From assembly GCA_044358905.1 (NCBI GenBank), contig JBIKND010000003.1, forward strand, positions 1-48,801: a stretch of 48,801 nucleotides of DNA. The letters are read 5' to 3'. Both the position numbers and the translations under genes were made by a program. Shown piece after piece: positions 36,310-45,570 of this stretch; the stretch's first letter is position 1, and each line of letters begins with the position of its first letter. Origin of the DNA: Pirellulales bacterium. Lineage in GTDB: Bacteria > Planctomycetota > Planctomycetia > Pirellulales > UBA1268. Under the pieces are notes generated by a model. That model was not told the origin of the DNA and did no database searches. It saw nothing but the letters and a program-made list of their open reading frames with translations.

Positions 36310-39300
36310 CTAGTCGATGTACAGGAAGGCATTCGTGGCGAAGATGATCTGGCACAAGTCGATGACCGCGCGACGCGGGGCGTCGGTCGCCGGGGCATGG
36401 ATCGCACGCTGCTCGCCCAAGAACGCAACCGCCGCGGCCCGATCGGCCGGATCCGGCTCGCGGCCGATGCACAAGACGAACGCCAGCCGGACGCGGGCGT
36501 CGTCGTCGTCCGCCGTGGCGATCAGCCGGTCGGCCAACGCGGCCGCGCGGCTCCGGGAGAATCCGGAGTTGAGCTGGGCGAGCGACTGCAGCGCGACGGT
36601 CGAGCGCGGCCGATCGGCGCACGTGGCCGTGATGCCCGGCAGGTCGAAGACCTGAAGGAAGGTCGGCAGCACACTGCGACGGCGTTGCACGTACAGCGTC
36701 CGCCGCTGTAGGCCGGGGGTCGTTCGGGGCTCCACTTCGCCCGCAGCGCCATGGCCGTCCATGCCGTCGAGGGTCAGTGGAGGGCCGCCGACCGTGGGGT
36801 TGAGATCGCCGCCCACCGCCAGCATCGCGTCGCGGATCGACTCGGCGTCGAGACGCTGCAGCGGAAACCGCCACAGGAGACGGTTCGCAGGATCGGCCGC
36901 AAGCCCCGCAGCGAAGGGTGCGCTCGATTGCCGGAAGGCCGTCGAACCGAGCACGAGCCGCAGCATGTGCTTCAGGCTCCATCCCGACCGCACCAGCTCC
37001 GCCGAGAGAAACTCGAGCAACTGCGGATGCGAGGGCTCCATGCCGCTGAGCCCGAGGTTCTCCGGCGTTGTCGACAGGCCCGCGCCGAAGCAGTGCAGCC
37101 AGATCCAGTTCGCCCGCACGCGGGCCACCAATGCCATCGGCCGTGATCCCGGCCGCAGCATCCACTCGGCCAACGCCAGCCGCCGGCCCGTGGACGCGTC
37201 GTCCGCGGGCGGCACGACCCGGAAGGGGTTGTCGGGGTCACTGAGCACCGCCAGACCCGCGGGCGTCACTTCCTCGCCGGGATCGTCATACAGCCCGCGC
37301 CGCAACAGAAAGACCCGCGGCGGCCGCGACGAGCCGTCGCTCACTGCGGCCACCTCGACACCGGGCGGCGTGGCCAGTTGTCGCTCCAGTGGTTCCACGA
37401 GGTCGCGATGCTCCCGGGCCTGCTCCGCGAACCGCTGGTCGCCGGCGACGGCCTCGGGGTCGTCGTTCCGCGCCAAATCGCCCGCGGTCACGATCACGTT
37501 CTCGACGACGAACGAGCCGCCGCCGAACGCGAAGGCGAATCCGCCGTCCGGAAGGTCGGCGGCCGCGAGCGCGAGCGGCGGGCCGTCCGGCACGTCGTCG
37601 ACGAGGTGTACGAGCTGGTACGCGCCCCCGCCGGCGTTGGTCACCCGGACTCCGTACCGGCGGCCCGGGACGAGCCGCTTCGCACCCAGTGGCACCGCTG
37701 GCCCTGCTCCCGGAAAGCCGGCCCACGCCTGCGTCGGCCGCCGCGGGCCGCCCGCGACGAACAGGCTGCCCGGTGCACCGGCCCGTCGCCCGGCGAAGTT
37801 GCCGGCCCCGATGAAGTAGCCGACCTGCTCGGCGGGTCCGCTCCTGCCACCGCTGCCGGGCAGGTCGATCGCGTCATCGACGAGGCTGAACGAGACCTGG
37901 ATCGACCGCCCCACCACATCGGGTGTCCAATCGAACCGCTGCCGCGTGCTCAGCCAACTCGAACCGCTCATGCCCGAGGCGATCCGTAGCCGCGTGCCGC
38001 GGCGATCGGCGCAGTGCCGGTTGGGCACGGCGTCGGCGAGCAGTACGGCCAGGTCGGGCGGGTCGTCGCCAGGCGCGGCCTCGCTCCACAGGTCGGCCAC
38101 CGGCCGCGTGCCATCGTCGACGAACAGCATCTCTTCCCGGTAGACCGGCGGCGGCTGGTACCGCTCCACGAGCACGTCTGCCACCGTGAGCCGCCGGCCG
38201 GGCACGCGGCGGAGGGCGAACGGCCCGGGCTTCAGGTCGGCATGGTCGAGCACGAGCGGTTCGCCGTCGATGGCGTAGTCGGCGAGGTGCTCGAGGCGGC
38301 ACTTCCCCGCGCCGAGGTTGGTGATCCGCACGCCGTACGTGCCCCCCGCGCGGTAGGCCGCGCGGCCGAGGCTGCCGATCGACTCGAAGCGGTTGTCCGG
38401 GGCAGCGGCCTGCCGCAGTCGTGAAATCTTCGGCCCGCCCGTCGGCCTGCCCTCGACGTAGATGTTGCCGGCCTCGTCTGACCCCGTGGGACCGCCCCGC
38501 ACGCCCCGCGCCGCGAGCATGTAGCCGAATCCGTCACTGGCCGCTGCGTCGCCCGTGGCCCGATCGGCGACGAGGCGAAACGTCACCTGCACCGCGCCGC
38601 CGGCCTCCGGATGGATCCACTCGACCGGCGGCGTCGCCAGCCACGACTCCTCGTCGGCCTCGACGAGCAGGCCCGCGGCCACATGCCGTGCCGGCGGTGC
38701 CCCTGCCGGCTCGGCGGTCCACGACGCCCCGGCACCCGTGCCGTCGTCGCGAAACATCACCGCGCCGCGGCGCCGATGCCGTTCCACCCAGTCACGATGC
38801 TCCGCCCGCGCCGCCGCCAGCCGGGACTCGATCACGGTCCTGTTCGCCTCCCAGGCGACCCGCTCGTCGGCCGTGGCTGCACGGAGCACGCGATCCCGTG
38901 GCTTGACCCACCGCTCCGGATTGAATGCCGGGTAGAGGATCGCCTGCGCCTGGTAGTACTCGCGCTGCGTCAGCGGCTCGAACTTGTGGTCGTGGCAGCG
39001 TGCGCACTTGATCGTGAGCCCGAGGAGCGAGGTGTAGACGATCTGCTCCGCCGCCTCGAGCGCCGCGTAGCGGTCGATGCGTTGCGCCTCGGGGCTCGGC
39101 GCGCTGTCGTCGGTGCCGTCGGGCCCGTTGCGCAGGAAATGGCTGGCGACGAGCAATTCGCGTTGCTCGGGCGTGACCGTGGAGCCCGGTGTCACTCCCG
39201 CCAGTTCGTCGCCGGCGAGTTGCTCGCGGATGAAGCGGTCGAACGGTTTGTCGGCATTGATCGAGGCCACGACGTAGTCGCGGTACCGCCAGGCGTGGGC

Positions 39301-40095
39301 CCGGTCGCTCTCCTTGCCGAAGTAGCCGTTCGTGTCGGCATAGCCGCCGGCGTCGAGCCAGTGCTTGCCCCAGTGCTCGCCATAGTGGGGCGACGCAAGG
39401 AACCGGTCGACGAGCCGCTCATAGGCGTCCGGCGCCGGATCGGCCACGAAGGCCGCCACCTCTTCCGGCGTGGGCGGTAGGCCGGTGATCACGAAGGCGA
39501 CCCGTCGGGCAAGGGTGGCCCGGTCGGTGTCGGCGGCGAGTGTCAGCCCCCGCGGCGCGAGCGCCGCCTGGAGGTGGGCGTCGATGGCGGTCCGCACTGT
39601 GCCGGTCGGTCGGCCGTCTTCCGCCGCCGGGACGCGCGGCACCGACGGCATCTGCAGCGACGCGAACGCCCAGTGGCCGCCCCCTGCCGCGGCCGCGGCC
39701 GCGAGGCCCGGTGTGCCGGCCGCGATCCACCCGCGAATCGCCTCCTGCTCCGTGGCGTCGAGCGGCCGGTCGGGAGGCATCTCGCCGTCATGAACCCGCT
39801 GCCACAACAGGCTCGCCTCGGCCGTGTCGGCAAGGACGGACCCGCTGTCGCCGCCGCTGAGGAGCGTGGCGGCCCGGCTGAGGTCGAGCCCTCCCTCCGG
39901 CTCGTTGGGACCGTGGCAGCGCACGCACCGCGCCTTCAGCAGGGGCTGGATCGTCTCCTTGAAGATGGCCGCCGAGTCGGATGGGGCGGGAGTGTCAGGA
40001 CCCGCGGGAGGCGACTCGTCAGCGCGGAGTCCGGCGGCCAGCGTGCCGACGCCCAGCAGCAGGAGCCCGCGCCACGTTGTCGATGCCCAACTCAC
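36310..40095 (-). CDS. Planctomycete cytochrome c / DUF1549 / DUF1553 protein
   Basis: CVRCH, HWAF, GLPPTP, HYGEHWGKHWLD, CARCHDHKFEP, PSHPQLL, RLDAESIRD. Start GTG 40095 with GAGGAG RBS. Confidence 0.92.
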   Translation of the reverse strand: MSWASTTWRGLLLLGVGTLAAGLRADESPPAGPDTPAPSDSAAIFKETIQPLLKARCVRCHGPNEPEGGLDLSRAATLLSGGDSGSVLADTAEASLLWQRVHDGEMPPDRPLDATEQEAIRGWIAAGTPGLAAAAAAGGGHWAFASLQMPSVPRVPAAEDGRPTGTVRTAIDAHLQAALAPRGLTLAADTDRATLARRVAFVITGLPPTPEEVAAFVADPAPDAYERLVDRFLASPHYGEHWGKHWLDAGGYADTNGYFGKESDRAHAWRYRDYVVASINADKPFDRFIREQLAGDELAGVTPGSTVTPEQRELLVASHFLRNGPDGTDDSAPSPEAQRIDRYAALEAAEQIVYTSLLGLTIKCARCHDHKFEPLTQREYYQAQAILYPAFNPERWVKPRDRVLRAATADERVAWEANRTVIESRLAAARAEHRDWVERHRRRGAVMFRDDGTGAGASWTAEPAGAPPARHVAAGLLVEADEESWLATPPVEWIHPEAGGAVQVTFRLVADRATGDAAASDGFGYMLAARGVRGGPTGSDEAGNIYVEGRPTGGPKISRLRQAAAPDNRFESIGSLGRAAYRAGGTYGVRITNLGAGKCRLEHLADYAIDGEPLVLDHADLKPGPFALRRVPGRRLTVADVLVERYQPPPVYREEMLFVDDGTRPVADLWSEAAPGDDPPDLAVLLADAVPNRHCADRRGTRLRIASGMSGSSWLSTRQRFDWTPDVVGRSIQVSFSLVDDAIDLPGSGGRSGPAEQVGYFIGAGNFAGRRAGAPGSLFVAGGPRRPTQAWAGFPGAGPAVPLGAKRLVPGRRYGVRVTNAGGGAYQLVHLVDDVPDGPPLALAAADLPDGGFAFAFGGGSFVVENVIVTAGDLARNDDPEAVAGDQRFAEQAREHRDLVEPLERQLATPPGVEVAAVSDGSSRPPRVFLLRRGLYDDPGEEVTPAGLAVLSDPDNPFRVVPPADDASTGRRLALAEWMLRPGSRPMALVARVRANWIWLHCFGAGLSTTPENLGLSGMEPSHPQLLEFLSAELVRSGWSLKHMLRLVLGSTAFRQSSAPFAAGLAADPANRLLWRFPLQRLDAESIRDAMLAVGGDLNPTVGGPPLTLDGMDGHGAAGEVEPRTTPGLQRRTLYVQRRRSVLPTFLQVFDLPGITATCADRPRSTVALQSLAQLNSGFSRSRAAALADRLIATADDDDARVRLAFVLCIGREPDPADRAAAVAFLGEQRAIHAPATDAPRRAVIDLCQIIFATNAFLYID

Positions 40096-40184
40096 GGCCG
40101 CGATGCTCCTCGGTTGCCCAGGTCGCACCCGCGCGAGCCGCCGGGCCGGGATCGGCCGCCGGCCCGGGTCGGTGGACCAAGTCA

Positions 40185-40229
40185 ACCCTAGGCCGGTTCA
40201 GGGCGCGCCGCCACGGACGAAAGGACGGG
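40185..40229 (-). promoter_or_regulatory. Shared operator E plus putative promoter
   Basis: Minus strand: CCCGTCCTTTCGTCCG, TGGCGG, 17 bp, TAGGGT. Confidence 0.65.
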
Positions 40230-40303
40230 GCAGCGGCGGCTGGAACCGCAATTCCTGCGGTTTTACGGCCTGGATGGCCAGCGGCGGCGTCTGCGGGGCG
40301 GAG

Positions 40304-40669
40304 TCACCGCCGCGGTGGAGCCATTTCCAGCATCTTCTTGAGGTCGGCCGGCTTCGGGGCCTGGGCGTTGAAGTCGCCCACCATCAGGTCGTAGCTGATG
40401 TCGCGGGTGCTCTTGAGCGCGAGCGTGCCGGCGGCCGCGTCGACGTGGTAGACCGCCGCGTTCTTGAGCTGGGGGTCGATCACCAGCAGCAGTCGCCGGC
40501 TTTCGTCGAGCGGACTGGCGGAGATCCACAGGCCGCCCGTGGCTGCCTCGGGCGCAGCCGGCCGTTGGGCTGCCGTCTCGCCGCCGGCGAACCAGAGCCA
40601 GACGGCGACGAGGGCGGCGAGGATCGCGAGTCCACGGCTGGTGGCGATCGATTCCCAGGGGCGATGCAT
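40304..40669 (-). CDS. Small exported or membrane-anchored hypothetical protein
   Basis: N-terminal hydrophobic helix; LLVIDPQ...AVYHVD...LALKSTRDISYDL; genome-typical codon use. Confidence 0.7.
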   Translation of the reverse strand: MHRPWESIATSRGLAILAALVAVWLWFAGGETAAQRPAAPEAATGGLWISASPLDESRRLLLVIDPQLKNAAVYHVDAAAGTLALKSTRDISYDLMVGDFNAQAPKPADLKKMLEMAPPRR

Positions 40670-40952
40670 GGCCGATGCTCCGGGGCGGCGGTGGAAGGCG
40701 GCGGAGCATAGGGGGGTCGCGTCGGCGTCGCAAGGCTGTCCGACGGCCGCGCCGTCGCTGGATCCGCGGCCGGCGAGCGTCCTGGCTTCTTGCCTGGCTT
40801 GCCTTCCTTCGCGCTGCGAGAGAAGCGAACCAGCGTTTCGCCGTGCCGGATGTTTGGATTCAATCGCCTGCGCAAGGCGTACCGATAACGAGGGTGTGTC
40901 GTCGTCGGTCCGCGTCGTTCGCGGCGACGATCGCAACCGTTTCGGGAGGTGC

Positions 40953-42251
40953 ATGGTGTCGAAGGTCAACGCCCTGTCCGCGGCTCTGCTCCGCTCGCCC
41001 CTGCTGTGGGGTGGCGCGATGGCGTTCTGCTTCTTCGCCCTCATCCACGGGGGCGTGATCAAAGACGCCAACGTCATCCGCTACCTCGCCGGCCACTGGG
41101 TCGAGTACGTCGAGACCGCGATGTTTTGCGTGGGGCTCGCGGCCCTAACCATCAAGGGCATCGATCTGGCCGCACAGCGCAAGCGGATGGGCGGGGAATC
41201 CCTGCTGCCCGAGATTCCGGCCGGTGGACAGGAGCCGGCCGAGGCGGCGGCGCTCGTCGCGGCCCTGCCCGACGGCGAGGCCGGCGGCGACTATCTCGTG
41301 CGCCGGCTGCGCGAGGCCCTCGACCTCGTCGTTCGCACTGGCTCGGCCGACGGGCTCGAGGACCATGCCAAGTATCTCTCCGACCTCGACGCGGCCCGCG
41401 CGGCGCAGGGCTACGGCCTGGTGCGGTTCGTGATCTGGGCGATCCCGATCATGGGCTTCCTCGGCACGGTGATCGGCATCACGGTGGCGATCGCGAGCCT
41501 GTCGCCGACCCAGTTGGAGAACATCTCCGGCGTGGTGGCCGGCCTGGGCACGGCCTTCGACACCACGGCCACGGCCCTCGCCCTGTCGATGGTGCTGATG
41601 TTCGTGCAGTTCGCCATCGACCGCACCGAGCAGAAGCTGCTCGCCAAAGTCGACGAGCGGGCCTGGACGGCGCTGGCGGGCCGGTTCCAGTCGCTGGCCG
41701 GTGACGAGGGCACGGCGCTGGCCATCGCCCGGCTCGGCGAGACGCTCGGTCGCGGCTCCGCGCGGCTGCTCGAGTCGCAGGAGCAGGCGTGGCAGTCGCT
41801 CGAGCGGACAGCCGCGGCCGGTGTGCGCCAGTTGCTCGACGAGGCCGGCGACCGGATCCAGGTCTCGCTCTCGCGCTCGCTGGATGCGAGCCTCGCGCGC
41901 TGGGCCGACTCGCTCGCCCGCACGCACGACGATCTCGCCGCCCGCCGCGAGGCCCGTTGGACCGAGGCGGCCGACTCGCTGGCGGCCGCCGTCCGCGGTC
42001 TGGAGCGGCATCAGGACGCGCTCGCCGGCCAGACGTCCCTGCTCGGGGAGGTCGTGGGCGCGACCCGCGACATCGCCACGCTCGAGCGGGCTCTCGACTC
42101 GAACCTCGCCGCGCTGTCGGCGACCGGCCGGTTCGAGGAGACGCTCGCCACCCTCGCCGCCGCGGTGCAACTGCTCGCCGCCCGGACCTCGACCGCTGAC
42201 CACCGCACCGTAGACCTGCAGGCGGCCCGTCGGGTCGGAAAGGCCGCATGA
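40953..42251 (+). CDS. MotA/TolQ/ExbB proton-channel protein with long helical tail
   Basis: IWAIPIMGFLGTVIGIT, GLGTAFDTTATAL; GGAGG RBS before ATG 40953. Confidence 0.9.
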   Translation: MVSKVNALSAALLRSPLLWGGAMAFCFFALIHGGVIKDANVIRYLAGHWVEYVETAMFCVGLAALTIKGIDLAAQRKRMGGESLLPEIPAGGQEPAEAAALVAALPDGEAGGDYLVRRLREALDLVVRTGSADGLEDHAKYLSDLDAARAAQGYGLVRFVIWAIPIMGFLGTVIGITVAIASLSPTQLENISGVVAGLGTAFDTTATALALSMVLMFVQFAIDRTEQKLLAKVDERAWTALAGRFQSLAGDEGTALAIARLGETLGRGSARLLESQEQAWQSLERTAAAGVRQLLDEAGDRIQVSLSRSLDASLARWADSLARTHDDLAARREARWTEAADSLAAAVRGLERHQDALAGQTSLLGEVVGATRDIATLERALDSNLAALSATGRFEETLATLAAAVQLLAARTSTADHRTVDLQAARRVGKAA

Positions 42252-44296
42252 GTCGAGCCCGGCCCACCGAAGGGCCCACGATCTCACTGTTTCCGTTCCT
42301 CGCCGTGCTCCTGTGCACGATGGGGGCGCTGCTCGTCCTGCTCGTGCTCTTCAGCCGCTCGGCCAAGGAGTCGGAGCGGGCCGCCGAAGAGGCGGCGGTG
42401 CGGCAGCGCGAGGACGACCTCCGGCTCGAGCAGGAGCAGCTCGCCTGGCGGCTGCGGCAACTGCAGGAGGTGCGCGACCGCACGCTCGGCGACCTGTCGC
42501 GGGCCCGGATGCAGCTGGCGGGCGTCGAGGACGACAACCGCAAGTTGGCCGACGAGCTCGACGGCCTCGAGCGAATGGCCGCCGCGCTCGCCGACGATGC
42601 CAAGCCCGACCCGGCCGATGCCACGGCTCTGGAAGATCTGGAGCGCCGGCTCAAGAACGCCCGCGAGTCGCTCGACGAGGCGAAGCGCGAGCAGGCCACG
42701 AAGCCGCCCGCCTATGCGGTCTTGCCCTACGAGGGCGTCAACGGCACGCACCGCCGGCCCCTGTATATAGAGTGCTGCATCGACGGCGTCTTTCTTCAGC
42801 CCGAGGGGATCCGGCTCGGCCCCGCCGACTTCGAGGGGCCGCCCGGCCCGGGCAACCCATTGGCCAGTGCCCTGCGCGCGGCCCGCGAGCACATCGCGAA
42901 GGGGCCACGCGAGTCGGGCGACCCGGCCGCCCAGCCCTACCCGCTGCTGCTCGTGCGGCCGTCGGGCGTGATGGCCTACTACGCGGCTCGGGAGGCGATT
43001 CAGTCGTGGGGCAGCGAGTTCGGCTATCAATTCGTGGACGAGGACTGGACGCTCGACTACCCGCCCCGTGACCCGGTGCTCGCCGACGCGGAAATGCGGG
43101 CGGTGGAAGAGTCGCGGCGCCGCATCGCCTGGCTGGGTGAGGTGCGGAAGTCGCGGCCTGCCAAGCCGGTGCAGCAGTATCGGGCCGCCACGACCCGCGG
43201 CGGCGTCGTGGCCGAGGGCGGGCCGAGCGTGCTCGGCGACCAGTCGCGGTTCGACTGGACCGAGGAGCAGGCGGGAGGCCAGCCCGGCGGGCCCGGGCGG
43301 GGCTTCGTGGCAGCCGACGCTGCGGGGCAGCGCGACGGCGGCATCGGAACCGGCGACACGGCTGGCGGCGACGCGATCCTCGGCGGAGGCGGCGCCGGAC
43401 GCGGGCCCGGCGGCACCGGAGGCAGCCGCTTCGGAGACGGGCCGGGGGGCGACTCGGGCCTGGCGGGCGGTGGCGTTGGGAGCGGGCCGAATCCCGGCTC
43501 GGGCGGGAGCGGTCTCGGAGATCGTTACTCGGGGCCGTCGAAGTTCTACGCGGCCCACGGTGGCGATACGGCCGGCGACGGCGGCTCGTCCGCAGCTGGC
43601 GGGAGCGCTGGCGGGAGTGCCGCGGCTGGCGCCCAGTCGTCGGGAACCGGAACGCCGGGATCGCCGGGGGGCGGCTCGCTCGCAGCCGGTGCCGGCGGTG
43701 CCGGGCAGCAGGCGGGCAGCGCTGGCACCGCTGGCAGCGGCGCAACCGCTGGCAGCGGCGCGGGTGGCGCCGGTGGCAGCAGCGCGGGGCCGGCGATGCC
43801 GGGGCTCGCGCAGTCGGGTGGCGCGGCGGGCGGCATGCTGGAAGGCTCGAGCGAAAAGCCGTCGGGGGGCTCGGCCTCGATGTCGTTGGCCGGCAAGCGC
43901 GGCAGCAACTGGGCGAGCCTCGCGACCCACGATCGGCCGATCCCGCTCCGCCGTCCGATCCGTCTCGAATGTGCCGCCGACGAGTTTCGCATCCTCGACG
44001 AAGGCAGCGGCCGCGTGGAGACCCGCGTGCCGGTCGGTGAACGCACCGCCGACTCGATCGACCTGCTGGTGACCGCCGTGCACGCCAAGGTGAACCGCTG
44101 GGGCATCGCCGGCGACCGGATGTATTGGAAGCCGGAACTCGTGCTCTCCGAGACGCCCGACGGCCGGGCGCGGCGCGAGGATCTGGAGCGGCTGCTGGCC
44201 GACAGCGGCCTGGAGACCAGGCCTGCCGCCAGCCGCAGCGAAGTGCGGCCGCTGCCGCCGATCGAACGCACCGGCGCCCTGCCGCCCCAACGCTGA
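42248..44296 (+). CDS. Single-TM coiled-coil, Gly-rich partner of the MotA/TolQ protein
   Basis: ISLFPFLAVLLCTMGALLVLL, coiled coil, YPLLLVRPSG, Gly-rich linker; ATGA overlap. Confidence 0.75.
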   Translation: MSRARPTEGPTISLFPFLAVLLCTMGALLVLLVLFSRSAKESERAAEEAAVRQREDDLRLEQEQLAWRLRQLQEVRDRTLGDLSRARMQLAGVEDDNRKLADELDGLERMAAALADDAKPDPADATALEDLERRLKNARESLDEAKREQATKPPAYAVLPYEGVNGTHRRPLYIECCIDGVFLQPEGIRLGPADFEGPPGPGNPLASALRAAREHIAKGPRESGDPAAQPYPLLLVRPSGVMAYYAAREAIQSWGSEFGYQFVDEDWTLDYPPRDPVLADAEMRAVEESRRRIAWLGEVRKSRPAKPVQQYRAATTRGGVVAEGGPSVLGDQSRFDWTEEQAGGQPGGPGRGFVAADAAGQRDGGIGTGDTAGGDAILGGGGAGRGPGGTGGSRFGDGPGGDSGLAGGGVGSGPNPGSGGSGLGDRYSGPSKFYAAHGGDTAGDGGSSAAGGSAGGSAAAGAQSSGTGTPGSPGGGSLAAGAGGAGQQAGSAGTAGSGATAGSGAGGAGGSSAGPAMPGLAQSGGAAGGMLEGSSEKPSGGSASMSLAGKRGSNWASLATHDRPIPLRRPIRLECAADEFRILDEGSGRVETRVPVGERTADSIDLLVTAVHAKVNRWGIAGDRMYWKPELVLSETPDGRARREDLERLLADSGLETRPAASRSEVRPLPPIERTGALPPQR

Positions 44297-44314
44297 GCGC
44301 CCCGGAGCCTCGTC

Positions 44315-45307
44315 ATGCCCCGCCCGAAGCCAGAAGACACGAGTTCCGCCGGCCAGGATTCGTTTCTCGACGTCGTCACGAACATCGTCGGCATCCTCAT
44401 CATCCTCGTGATGGTGATCGGCGGGCGCGTGCAGCAGATCGTGCTTGCACCGCCGCAGCCCGCGGCCGAGACGGCCGCGATCGAGAAGGCGATCGAAGAC
44501 CTCGAAGAGACCGTGGACTCGACCGAGAGCGAGATCGAACAGCTCCAGTCGCAGACTCGCACGGTGGCCACCACCGCCGCGTTCGCCGCCGACGCGCGGT
44601 TGCAGTTGGCGACGGCGGTGTCCGCGGCGAAGGTGGGCATCGACCGGTGGAAGCAGGCCAGCGACGCCACGCGGGTGGCCGCTGCCGAAGCGGCGGCCCG
44701 TCGCCGGCAGCTCGAGGAGGAGATCCGCACGTGCACGCTCGAGGCCGAGGGGCTCGCCCATGTGCCCGCGACGACCAAGGAGGTGCTCGCCTACCCGACG
44801 CCGATCGGCCGCACGGTGAACGGCGAGGAGATTCACTTCCGGCTCTCGGGCGGGCGGATCGCCTACATTCCGCTCGAGGAACTGTTCGAACTGGCCAAGC
44901 ATCACACGCAGCGTCAGGGCTCGTCGATCGCCCAGATGGCCAATCGCGTGGAGACGGTGGGCCCCGAGCAGGGGTTCACGCTCGACTACGTGATCGAGGC
45001 GAAGATCGACCAGGCCCGCGGCCAGGTGCTGATCCGGTCGCGCGAGTGGGTCGTCAGGCCGCAGCAGCCGATCTGTGGCGAGACGGCCGACGAGGCCCTC
45101 GGCAGCGCGTCGCGGTTTCGCCGCACGCTGTCGGGCGCCAAGCCGGAGACCACCGTCACGCTCTGGTGCTACCCCGACAGCTTTCCGGAATATCGCCGGC
45201 TCCGCGAGGAACTCCATCGGCTCGGCATCCCGTCGGCCGGCCGGCCGATGCCCGACGGCGCCCCGATCGGCGGCTCCACCGAGGGCAGCAAGAGCGTGGT
45301 GCATTAG
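44315..45307 (+). CDS. Single-TM ExbD/TolR/MotB-like partner with membrane Asp
   Basis: DSFLDVVTNIVGILIILVMV, coiled coil, C-terminal VTLWCYPDSF. Confidence 0.75.
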   Translation: MPRPKPEDTSSAGQDSFLDVVTNIVGILIILVMVIGGRVQQIVLAPPQPAAETAAIEKAIEDLEETVDSTESEIEQLQSQTRTVATTAAFAADARLQLATAVSAAKVGIDRWKQASDATRVAAAEAAARRRQLEEEIRTCTLEAEGLAHVPATTKEVLAYPTPIGRTVNGEEIHFRLSGGRIAYIPLEELFELAKHHTQRQGSSIAQMANRVETVGPEQGFTLDYVIEAKIDQARGQVLIRSREWVVRPQQPICGETADEALGSASRFRRTLSGAKPETTVTLWCYPDSFPEYRRLREELHRLGIPSAGRPMPDGAPIGGSTEGSKSVVH

Positions 45308-45349
45308 GGCCGCGGCTTCGCGAACGGTCTGCCGGCAGCAAACGACAAC

Positions 45350-45460
45350 AAGCCCCCGGCGGGAGCCGGGGGACTCCGCGTGGTGCAATGTCCCGTTCGC
45401 CGTGGTGAGCGGGGTGGCCGAACGACCCGGTGTCCCCGGGCTTCCGCCCGGGGCTTTTTG
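45350..45460. repeat. Inverted REP-like doublet
   Basis: AAGCCCCCGGCGGGAGCCGGGGGAC (45350-45374) and GTCCCCGGGCTTCCGCCCGGGGCTTTTTG (45432-45460). Confidence 0.7.
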
Positions 45461-45570
45461 GGGAACGGCCCATGGCCACGCGGCGAACGCATGTGTTTCG
45501 CCTACGATTAAGGTTCAGTCCAGCGACGGCTGAAAAGCGATCGGCCCCGGAGCGTGTCGGGAGAATCACC

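Noticed and set aside
40096-40185. TTG start at 40185 for the DUF1553 gene
   Set aside because: Overlaps the predicted -10; GTG 40095 has an RBS and yields a plausible signal peptide.
40953-45307. Zorya defence system
   Set aside because: No OmpA-like ZorB domain or ZorC/D/E genes seen; kept only as an analogy.
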